Below are positions 57,034-64,000 of a stretch of DNA of 64,000 nucleotides, piece by piece. The notes beneath the pieces are model-generated. The model did no database searches. It saw only the letters and a program-made list of their open reading frames with translations, and had not been told where the DNA came from. A program made the translations under genes and the position numbers. Each line of letters opens with the position of its first letter. Position 1 is the stretch's first letter. The DNA comes from Treponema sp. (GTDB taxonomy: Bacteria; Spirochaetota; Spirochaetia; Treponematales; Breznakiellaceae), in NCBI GenBank assembly GCA_031257195.1, contig JAIRPD010000135.1, positions 714 to 64,713 of the forward strand, written 5' to 3'.

Positions 57034-57651
57034 TCATTCCTTTATCGCGTTCTTGAGGATCTCCGTCAAACGGGGATTGAGATACGCGGAAAGGAGTTCG
57101 GCCACCGAACCGGCGGAAAAATCATAGTAAGCCGAGCCGTCCTTGGCGGCGATCCGAAAGCCCGCGCCCAGGTTACGATCCGATTTAAGCTCCACCCCGC
57201 CCTTGAGTTCGGCGGCGAGCTTGTCATTAAACCAGGACTGGAGCTTGCCCAGTTCCCCCTCGGAGAGGAGGACGTCAAAGGACGCGTCGGCGCCCCTGGA
57301 AGCCCAGGCCTTGAGGATCTCCGGCAAAGCGGCCTTGAGGGTATCTTCCCCATAGGCCTTGGCCGTCTCCCGGGAAACGATTTTACCCAGCAGCGCCTCA
57401 ATTTCCGCCTTAAAGGCCAGCACCAGGTTACGAGAGGCCTGGTTCAGGGCGGCGGTTCCCGCTTTTTCAAAGCGTTCGGCGTCCGTTTTGGCCCTGGAGA
57501 CGATCCCCTCCGCCTCTTTTTTGGCGGCGTCCACAATCCCCTTGGCCTCCGTCTGAGCCTGAGACCTAAGCTCCTCCGCCTCTTTCGAGGCGGCTTCCAC
57601 CCCGTCTCTTTTTATCTTATCGATGAGTTCTTGAAGATGGATATCCATCAT
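57034..57651 (-). CDS. atpE: V-type ATP synthase subunit E
   Basis: 205-aa Ala/Glu/Lys-rich helix (ELIDKIKRDGVEAASKEAEELRSQAQTEAKGIVDAAKKEAE) and a globular C-terminus. First gene of the operon. Confidence 0.82.
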   Translation of the reverse strand: MMDIHLQELIDKIKRDGVEAASKEAEELRSQAQTEAKGIVDAAKKEAEGIVSRAKTDAERFEKAGTAALNQASRNLVLAFKAEIEALLGKIVSRETAKAYGEDTLKAALPEILKAWASRGADASFDVLLSEGELGKLQSWFNDKLAAELKGGVELKSDRNLGAGFRIAAKDGSAYYDFSAGSVAELLSAYLNPRLTEILKNAIKE

Positions 57652-57677
57652 CGCCTCCTTAACTAATTTCCCTGTTA

Positions 57678-57706
57678 AGTGTACAGGTTTTACTCAAACC
57701 GCGCAA
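57678..57706 (-). promoter_or_regulatory. candidate sigma-70 promoter of the V-ATPase operon
   Basis: On the minus strand: TTGCGC, 17-nt spacer, TACACT. AAGGAGG SD lies before the atpE ATG. Confidence 0.35.
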
Positions 57707-57733
57707 GCCCCCGGATCAAAAATCCCGCGCGAT

Positions 57734-58843
57734 TTACCACGAGAGGGAAAATACCGCCTTTTCGTGGTATTCCCGGTCCGGACCGAAGATCGCGCTGGGA
57801 AATTCCGGTTTATTGGGGGAATCGGGAAAATGCTGGGTTTCCAGGCAAAATCCCGCGTTTTTCCCGTACACCGATCCGGTTTTGCCCAAAACGCCATCCA
57901 GGAAGCTTCCCGCGTAAAACTGGACCCCCGGCTGGCTGGCGGCGACTTTGAGGACCCGGCCGCTATGGGGTTCCCGGACCTCCGCGCGGGGCGGCGCCGC
58001 GGGTCCCGCCGGGTCCCGGATCCGCCCAGCCTCCGGCTCCCGGCCCGGCCCGGGGAAACGCGCGTCCCCGTCCAGGACAAAACAATGGTCGTAGCCATCC
58101 CCCGGGGCGGGCGGGCGGCCGCCGTGGACCGCGGCGTAATCCCGGGCTATGGGTTTGGAGGACCGGAAATCAAAGGGGGTTCCCTCCACGGGGAGGAGCC
58201 TTCCCGTGGGGATCCGGTCCGGCCCAACTTCCACATAGGAGGAGGCGCGCAGCCTCAGTTCATGGGAAAGGATATCCCCGTTCCCCTCCCCGGCCAGGTT
58301 AAAATACGCGTGGTTGGTCAAATTGACCGGACAGGGGGCGTCCACCCACGCCTGGTAGCGGGCGGTGATCTCGTTGGCGCCGTTAAGGCCGTAGGTTACC
58401 GCCGCCCGGAGGTTTCCCGGAAACCCCCCCTCCCCATCGGGGCTTTCCAGCTCAAAGCGGACAAAAACCCCCTCCCCATCGGTATAGGGAAAGGCCTTCC
58501 AAAGCCGCTTGTCAAAGCCCCGGCGGCCGCCGTGGAGGGTATTCTCCCCCTCGTTTTTGTAAAGGCCGTAGGTTTTACCCCCCAGGCTAAAGGCCGCGCC
58601 ACCGACGCGTCCGGCAAAGCGGCCAATGGTGGCGCCAAAGTAGGCGGAACGGTGAAGGTAGCCCTCAAGGGAGGAAAACCCCAGAAGGACATCCTCCCGG
58701 CCGGTTTTTCCCGGAACCAGCAAAGAGGTCCAGACCGCCCCAAAACTGGAAAGGGAGAGGGACAGATCCCCCGCCCGCAGGGTATAGAGAAAGACCTTGC
58801 TTCCATCGGAAAGAACCCCAAAGGGTTTTTTGGATATGTTCAT
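57734..58843 (-). CDS. galM: aldose 1-epimerase (galactose mutarotase)
   Basis: From ATG 58843 (MNISKKPFG...): GATIGRFAGRV, NEGENTLHGG, NLTNHAYFNL, DHCFVL, GFCLETQHFPDSPN. The ORF-track upstream 115 aa overlap the response-regulator gene. Confidence 0.88.
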   Translation of the reverse strand: MNISKKPFGVLSDGSKVFLYTLRAGDLSLSLSSFGAVWTSLLVPGKTGREDVLLGFSSLEGYLHRSAYFGATIGRFAGRVGGAAFSLGGKTYGLYKNEGENTLHGGRRGFDKRLWKAFPYTDGEGVFVRFELESPDGEGGFPGNLRAAVTYGLNGANEITARYQAWVDAPCPVNLTNHAYFNLAGEGNGDILSHELRLRASSYVEVGPDRIPTGRLLPVEGTPFDFRSSKPIARDYAAVHGGRPPAPGDGYDHCFVLDGDARFPGPGREPEAGRIRDPAGPAAPPRAEVREPHSGRVLKVAASQPGVQFYAGSFLDGVLGKTGSVYGKNAGFCLETQHFPDSPNKPEFPSAIFGPDREYHEKAVFSLSW

Positions 58844-58866
58844 AACCCGCCTCCTACGCCAGCATT

Positions 58867-60252
58867 TTAGTACGTTTTTTCCCCTCGCGCAAGTTCCCCC
58901 CCGGGCGATTCCCCCTCCCAGCCGGCGATTTTCCGGTGCAGGGTCTTCCGGGCCAGGCCCAGGACCTCGGCGGTTTTGCTTTTGTTCCCCTTGAGGCGGG
59001 TCAGGGTTTCCCGGATGATAACCCGCTCCGCCGCTTCCATGGAAACCCCCAGGGGGACCCTGATCCAGTCCTCCTCGCCGGCGGGCCTGATCGTGGGGGG
59101 CAGGTCCTCCCCGGTGATGACAGCCCCCTTGCACATCACCACGGCGCTTTCCACGCAGTTCCGCAGTTCCCGCACATTCCCGGGCCAATCGTAACCGTAG
59201 ATCGCCGCCCGGGCCTTATCGTCGATGCCCTCTACCTGCTTGCCGTTTTCCCGGGCGAACTCCCGCAGGAAGGCGCTGAAAAGCAGGGGGATATCCTCTT
59301 TCCGTTCCCTCAGGGGGGGGACATGGATGTTGACCACGTTAAGACGGAAATAGAGGTCCTCCCGGAAAGCGCCCTTTTCGATTTCCCGCTTTAAATCTTT
59401 ATTGGTGGCGGCGAGGATCCTCACGTCCGACTCTATGGTTTCCTCCCCCCCTATCCGCTCAAATTTCCTTTCCTGCAGGACCCGCAAAAGCTTTATCTGA
59501 ATGTTTTGATCGATTTCCCCGATTTCGTCAAGGAAGAGGGTGCCCTCGTGGGCCAGCTCAAAGCGGCCCCGGCGGCGGGATACGGCGCCGGTAAAGGCCC
59601 CCTTTTCATGGCCGAAGAGCTCGCTTTCGATCAGGGAGCCGGGGATGGCGGCGCAGTGGACTTTGATAAGGGGCTTGTTTTTCCGGGGGGAAAGCTCATG
59701 GAGGGCGTCGGCCACCAGTTCCTTGCCCACCCCCGATTCCCCGGTGATAAGGATAGAGGCCTTGGCCGGCGCCGCCTGGCCTATTGTGTCAAAGACCCGT
59801 CCCATGGCGGCGCTGGTGCCGATCATCATCTTAAACCGCTTATTCCTGGAAAGCTCCTCCTCCAGGTTCTGGTGCTTGAGGGACAGTTCATGGTTCGCCA
59901 GCGCCCGTTTAACCAGCATGGAAAGATGATCCAAATTAACGGGCTTGGTTAAAAAATCGTAGGCCCCGTTCCTCATGGCGGCCACGGCGTTTTCCACCGT
60001 GCCGTGACCGGTAAGGATGATCACCGGGAGGCCGGGGTTTTCGGCGCCGATCTTCCGCTGGAATTCCTCGCCGTTTAAGCCGGGCATACGAAGATCGGTG
60101 ATCACCAGGTCTATATCCCCCTTCTCAAAGCGCCGCCAGCCCTCCTCGCCGTCGCCGGCGGTTACCACCTCGTAGCCGTCCATTTCCAGGGCCGCGGCCA
60201 GGCCTTCCCGGATATTTTTTTCGTCATCCACAACTAAAAGCCGGAATTTCAT
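58867..60252 (-). CDS. sigma-54-dependent response regulator (NtrC family)
   Basis: REC domain (LLVVDDE...DLVITDLRMPG). AAA+ GESGVGKELVADALH, GAFTGA, RELRN. C-terminal HTH. Confidence 0.93.
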   Translation of the reverse strand: MKFRLLVVDDEKNIREGLAAALEMDGYEVVTAGDGEEGWRRFEKGDIDLVITDLRMPGLNGEEFQRKIGAENPGLPVIILTGHGTVENAVAAMRNGAYDFLTKPVNLDHLSMLVKRALANHELSLKHQNLEEELSRNKRFKMMIGTSAAMGRVFDTIGQAAPAKASILITGESGVGKELVADALHELSPRKNKPLIKVHCAAIPGSLIESELFGHEKGAFTGAVSRRRGRFELAHEGTLFLDEIGEIDQNIQIKLLRVLQERKFERIGGEETIESDVRILAATNKDLKREIEKGAFREDLYFRLNVVNIHVPPLRERKEDIPLLFSAFLREFARENGKQVEGIDDKARAAIYGYDWPGNVRELRNCVESAVVMCKGAVITGEDLPPTIRPAGEEDWIRVPLGVSMEAAERVIIRETLTRLKGNKSKTAEVLGLARKTLHRKIAGWEGESPGGELARGEKTY

Positions 60253-61565
60253 AACGCTTCCCCCTCAACTTGAACGGTAAAACCGGCGTTCCGGTTTGTC
60301 CCGGCGGTTACCGGGACGGACTCCCCGGCGGCCGGGCTTTCCCCCGCGGAAAGAAGCCGCCGTTCCCTTTGGGGTATGGGCAGGGCGATGGTAAAGCAGG
60401 TTCCCTCCCCCTCCCGGGAGGAAACGCTTATTTCCCCCCGGTGTTCCCGGATAATCTTGAATACCAGCGTCAGCCCCAGGCCTGAACCCCTTTCCTTGGT
60501 GGTAAAATAGGGATCGAATATCTTCGGCATATTCGCCTCGGGAATCCCCGCGCCCGTGTCCCGGACACTGATCAGCGCCTCGTTGTCCTTTCGTCCGGTC
60601 TTAACGGTGAGCGTCCCCCCTCCCTTCATCGCCGCGGAGGCGTTCTGGATCAGGTTCAAGATGGCCTGTTTCATGATCCGGTCGTCGAATTCCAGGGGGG
60701 GGAGGTCCTCGTCCAGTTCCAGTTCCGTCCTGACCTGGGCCGCCTCCAGCTCATAGCGGGTAAAGTCCAGGGTTTCCCTTAAGAAGGCGTTAAAATTCCC
60801 CTCCCGCAGGTCCAGCGTCATGGGCCGGACGGCGAAAAGAAAATCCACCACGATATGGTTAAGCCGCTCTATCTCCTCGTTGATCACCTCCACGTAGTGG
60901 TGGAACATTTTAAAATAACCGGTCGGCCCCCGGTCCGCCGCCCCGGGGTTTAGTTCCGGCCTGTCCTCCGGGTGATTCGAGTAGTACAATTCCTCGTTCT
61001 TCGCGAAGGCCTTTTGTAAAAGCTGGATATGGATGGAAATGGAACCCAGGGGATTTTTTATCTCGTGGGCCACCCCCGCCGCCAGGGTGGTGAGGCTGGC
61101 CAAATTCTCGATCCGCCGGATCCGGAATTCGTTTTTCCGCTTTTCGGTAATATCCTCCACATGAATAAGGGAGCCCTTAACCTGGTAGTCCTTAACCAGG
61201 GGAAAAACGCTGATCGAAAGGAGCCTGCTTAAGCCCTTGTTCTCAATCTCAAATTCCCGTTCCCGCGCGTTGTCCCCCGAAAGCAAAACCTCCTCAAGAA
61301 AATCCGCCACCCCGTCGTCCCGGATCAGGTTCCAGGCCCGGACCGGTTCCTCCCCCCGGCGGGAAAGGGGCAAAAGCCGGTCCAGGTACTTGTTGGCCAG
61401 GATCAGGTTGTGATCCGAGTCGCAGACCAGAACCCCCTCGGTGAGGGAATCCAGCACGGTCTCCAGCAGGTCTATATCGGTGGACATGGAAAAAAGCAGG
61501 GTCTTGATCTGCTCCGGGGTAAGTTTATCGATTTTTCGTAGCGCCCGGGGGATAATTGGTCTCAC
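60249..61565 (-). CDS. PAS-domain sensor histidine kinase (NtrB-like)
   Basis: H-box AHEIKNPLGSI, N-box LIQNASAAM, G-boxes VRDTGAGIP and GSGLGLTLV. 4-nt overlaps on both sides. Confidence 0.9.
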   Translation of the reverse strand: MRPIIPRALRKIDKLTPEQIKTLLFSMSTDIDLLETVLDSLTEGVLVCDSDHNLILANKYLDRLLPLSRRGEEPVRAWNLIRDDGVADFLEEVLLSGDNAREREFEIENKGLSRLLSISVFPLVKDYQVKGSLIHVEDITEKRKNEFRIRRIENLASLTTLAAGVAHEIKNPLGSISIHIQLLQKAFAKNEELYYSNHPEDRPELNPGAADRGPTGYFKMFHHYVEVINEEIERLNHIVVDFLFAVRPMTLDLREGNFNAFLRETLDFTRYELEAAQVRTELELDEDLPPLEFDDRIMKQAILNLIQNASAAMKGGGTLTVKTGRKDNEALISVRDTGAGIPEANMPKIFDPYFTTKERGSGLGLTLVFKIIREHRGEISVSSREGEGTCFTIALPIPQRERRLLSAGESPAAGESVPVTAGTNRNAGFTVQVEGEAL

Positions 61566-62917
61566 GCGCCGATTCCCGTTTTCAGGGCCTCCAAAAGCCG
61601 TTCCAGCGCCATGGGGGGGGCGATGTTGTAGGAGCCGGTTTCGGCGGCGGCCCGGTTCAATTCCCTAAGCCAGAGCCCCGCCCAAACGCTCTTTTCCGGG
61701 CCGCCCTGGCCGTTTCGCAGCCAGGCGGAAAGGAAGGATTCGATGTTTCGCAAAAACTGCCGCCACAGGCCGGGGACCTCAAAATTATCCGCCCCCTTAA
61801 GGATCGTTTCCAGGGCGCCCTTAAAATCCTCCGCGGGCCGGCTCATACCCGCCTCCCCGGCGATGGGGACGGCGAATTTCCCCAGGTCCGCGAGGACCGG
61901 CGGGATATCCCGCCGCTTTCTTCGCAATCCCCGGGCCGCCTCCGCCGCCACCGAGGCGGCGAAAAAGGCCCCCAGGGGATAGAGGGTTTCCCCGCTGGCG
62001 GGAAGAAAGGAATTCAGGTACGTTTCGATGGCGCCGGATTCCCCGGCGGGGACGGCCTTTTCGGCTTCCAGGGGCTCCCGGAAAATCCGGCTGATCACCT
62101 CCCTTTCCCCCTGAAGGCTTCGTTTGACAAAACGGTACTCCCGCAGCCGGGACAGCAGGGTGGGCGGAAGGCTCCTGGGCCGGGAACTGGTAAGGACCAG
62201 CGTTACCCGGGGAGGGGGCTCCTCCAGGATCTTGAGGAGCGAATTTTTGGCCCCCTCCTGGGTCTGATCGGCGTTTTCTATGATTACGCACTTGCGCCTG
62301 CCCAGGGGAGCCAGCCTGGTCCAGTAAGAAGCCCGGCGTATCCAGGCGATGGGAATCAACTCCCCCAGGCCCTCGGCTTCCAGTTTGGCGGCCTTTTTCA
62401 GGATTCCATCCAGGAGCTTTTTCACGTTTTCCCCGGAACCCTGGGGGGGCATCCCCTCAAAGTCCCCCAAATCCTCCTCCAGGGCGCTTATGTGGACGCC
62501 GATCTTTCCCAGCTTGGGGTCATCCTCCCAAAGGACCGGATCGAACCGGGCCAGGAGCTTGCGGACCGAGCGGATAAAGAGGATCCGCGCCCCCCCGCCG
62601 AATTTACCGGGTTCCCCCTCAAGGCCCCGGAGGAAGGCTCTGGAGGAGGCCGCGATTTCCTGGAAGAAACACCGTCTTCCCAGCAGGAGGAGATCCGGGG
62701 AAGCCAAGCCCCGGTGCCGGACGCAGCTGGGGCAGGAACAATTCCAGCCGCCGGGGTTTTCCCCCTCGCAGCCCAGGACCCGGGCCAGTTCCAGCGCCGC
62801 CGCGCCCTTACCCCCGTATTCGGGACCGGAAAAGAGGATCGCCGGCGCCAGGGAACCGGCGGTAATATCGGCGACGAGCCTTTCGGTTACCGGCTGGTGG
62901 AGGATGTTCTCAAACAT
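61562..62917 (-). CDS. holB: DNA polymerase III delta-prime-like AAA+ clamp-loader subunit
   Basis: HQPVTERLVADITAGSLAPAILFSGPEYGGKGAAALELARVLGCE, Zn module CSCPSCVRH, SRC-like region LLKILEEPPPRVTLVLTSS. Longer than typical HolB (451 aa). Confidence 0.65.
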   Translation of the reverse strand: MFENILHQPVTERLVADITAGSLAPAILFSGPEYGGKGAAALELARVLGCEGENPGGWNCSCPSCVRHRGLASPDLLLLGRRCFFQEIAASSRAFLRGLEGEPGKFGGGARILFIRSVRKLLARFDPVLWEDDPKLGKIGVHISALEEDLGDFEGMPPQGSGENVKKLLDGILKKAAKLEAEGLGELIPIAWIRRASYWTRLAPLGRRKCVIIENADQTQEGAKNSLLKILEEPPPRVTLVLTSSRPRSLPPTLLSRLREYRFVKRSLQGEREVISRIFREPLEAEKAVPAGESGAIETYLNSFLPASGETLYPLGAFFAASVAAEAARGLRRKRRDIPPVLADLGKFAVPIAGEAGMSRPAEDFKGALETILKGADNFEVPGLWRQFLRNIESFLSAWLRNGQGGPEKSVWAGLWLRELNRAAAETGSYNIAPPMALERLLEALKTGIGA

Positions 62918-63377
62918 GAAATCCCCCTATGAGGGGCAGGAGAAGGCGGGCGAAAACGCTTTTTTCCAACAGATCGCCGGCGTCAAAGAGGGGCTGAACC
63001 CTCAGCAGCAGCGACACCGCCGAGAACAGGGCCAGGGCTTCCCCCGCCCCCAGAACCAGCCCCAGGGCGCGGTCAAGTTTATCCAGGTTCATGCCGGCAA
63101 TGATATCGGCCGCGAACCGTCCCAGGATTTTTCCCGCGAGAAACACCGCGGTAAAGATCCCCGCGAAGGAAAGGATCTCCGGAACCACCGCCAGGCCGGG
63201 AAAAAACCGGGCCCGCAAAAGGGCGGCGCCGTTCTTAAAAAGAAACAGGGCCGCGATAACGCCCAAAGCCAGGGAGGCGATGGAAAAGAATTCCCCCGTA
63301 AAACCCTTTAGGAACCCCCGCGGGACCAGGAGGATCAGGAGGATCAAAAAAAACAGGTCCAGCGCCGAAAGATTCAT
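62910..63377 (-). CDS. cvpA: CvpA-family membrane protein
   Basis: 155-aa four-TM protein with N-terminal LDLFFLILLILLVPRGFLKGF, typical of CvpA. Confidence 0.7.
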   Translation of the reverse strand: MNLSALDLFFLILLILLVPRGFLKGFTGEFFSIASLALGVIAALFLFKNGAALLRARFFPGLAVVPEILSFAGIFTAVFLAGKILGRFAADIIAGMNLDKLDRALGLVLGAGEALALFSAVSLLLRVQPLFDAGDLLEKSVFARLLLPLIGGFHV

Positions 63378-64000
63378 GGGCCTTTTCCCGTCGTCCCGGG
63401 ATCCGGCGGCCCCAGGGCCTCCATGAGCGCGCGGGCGATCAACGCCGCGCCGTCGGCGGCGCCCACCCGGGCGGCGGCGGCGGCCATGGCCGCCCGTCTT
63501 TCCCCGTCCTCCGCGAGGCCCATTACCGCCGCGAGCAGATCCGCTTTTTCCCGCCGGTCCGGGGCCAAAACCAGGGCGGCGCCGGCTTTTTCAAAAAACG
63601 CCGCGTTTTCCACCTGGTCCCCCCGGGTCCCGGAGCCCGCCAGGGGAAGGAGGATCATGGGTTTACCCGCGGTGGCGCATTCCCAGACCGAGCCGGCGCC
63701 GCTTCTGCACAGCACCAGTTCCGCCGCCGCCAGAATGTCGGGCAGTTCCGCGTTCAGGTAAGGATAGGGCTTGTACCGGGGAGCGGGGGAAAGCCCCCCC
63801 GGGACCCGTCCCGTCTGGTGAACCACCAGGTAGGGTCCGGTAAGTTCCCCCAGGGATTCCCCCACCAGGCGGTTCAATTCCGCCGCCCCCTGACTGCCCC
63901 CCAGCGCGAGCAGTATCCTGTCGCCGGGGGCGGCCCCCACAAAAGCCCGGCCCCGGCGGGGATCGGCGGTCCTGAATTCGGGACGCACCGGGTTGCCCAG
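63374..64000 (-). CDS. murG: UDP-N-acetylglucosamine--N-acetylmuramyl-(pentapeptide)-PP-undecaprenol GlcNAc transferase, N-terminus outside the window
   Basis: LGNPVRPEF, LLALGGSQGA, LVLCRSGAGSVWECATAGKPMILLPL..GDQVENA. The frame stays open to nt 64000. Confidence 0.88.
   Translation of the reverse strand: MGNPVRPEFRTADPRRGRAFVGAAPGDRILLALGGSQGAAELNRLVGESLGELTGPYLVVHQTGRVPGGLSPAPRYKPYPYLNAELPDILAAAELVLCRSGAGSVWECATAGKPMILLPLAGSGTRGDQVENAAFFEKAGAALVLAPDRREKADLLAAVMGLAEDGERRAAMAAAAARVGAADGAALIARALMEALGPPDPGTTGKGP

Noticed and set aside
57707-57733. Possible terminator after galM (AAATC-GCGCGG-GATTT followed by a short T-run)
   Set aside because: It has only 5 bp of AT-rich stem and two further Ts. 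That is too weak to call.
61556-62932. 458-aa plus-strand ORF opposite holB. The same applies to 57764..58870 opposite galM, 32629..33639 opposite the MBL gene, 34275..35072 opposite the AraC gene, 20906..21607 opposite mrdA and 53294..54061 opposite atpB.
   Set aside because: All are antisense to genes with clear family motifs, and all show the Pro/Gly/Arg/His-rich composition of shadow frames.

Overview
A visibly GC-rich chromosomal segment, almost all core housekeeping genes. Gene content and synteny look spirochaete-like: a cmk-rpsA fusion, a bacterial V-type ATPase operon in the order E/DUF2764-like/A/B/D/I/K, and mreB-mreC-mreD-mrdA-rodA. I support about 54 CDS and one clear RNA gene. 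That gene is RNase P RNA (rnpB) on the minus strand at 26139..26704, lying under several spurious ORF-track ORFs. I found no CRISPR array, transposase, integrase, rRNA or tRNA. Genes sit in long, tightly coupled operons with many 1-, 4- and 8-nt start/stop overlaps. Many long ORF-track entries are antisense shadows of real genes, or upstream over-extensions; I re-derived starts for rodA, mltG, the MBL hydrolase, trmB, galM, the DUF503 gene and the giant ORF. No obvious defence or mobile system is present. The items most worth a second look are: (1) a ~1620-aa signal-peptide protein ending in an outer-membrane beta-signal (LTLTF), with no family I recognise; (2) an ~87-nt perfect three-way-junction element at 5658..5744, flanked by 8-bp direct repeats; (3) an unusually long rnpB; (4) folK and ispG, whose conserved N-terminal segments lie upstream of any ATG/GTG/TTG; (5) a PPDK-like enzyme with degenerate ATP-grasp motifs; (6) RecA with a ~120-aa low-complexity tail carrying an AT-hook-like GRPKK motif; (7) a UPRT-like protein with a long N-terminal extension between TPR proteins. 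All family calls rest on motif recognition by eye. No database search was run.
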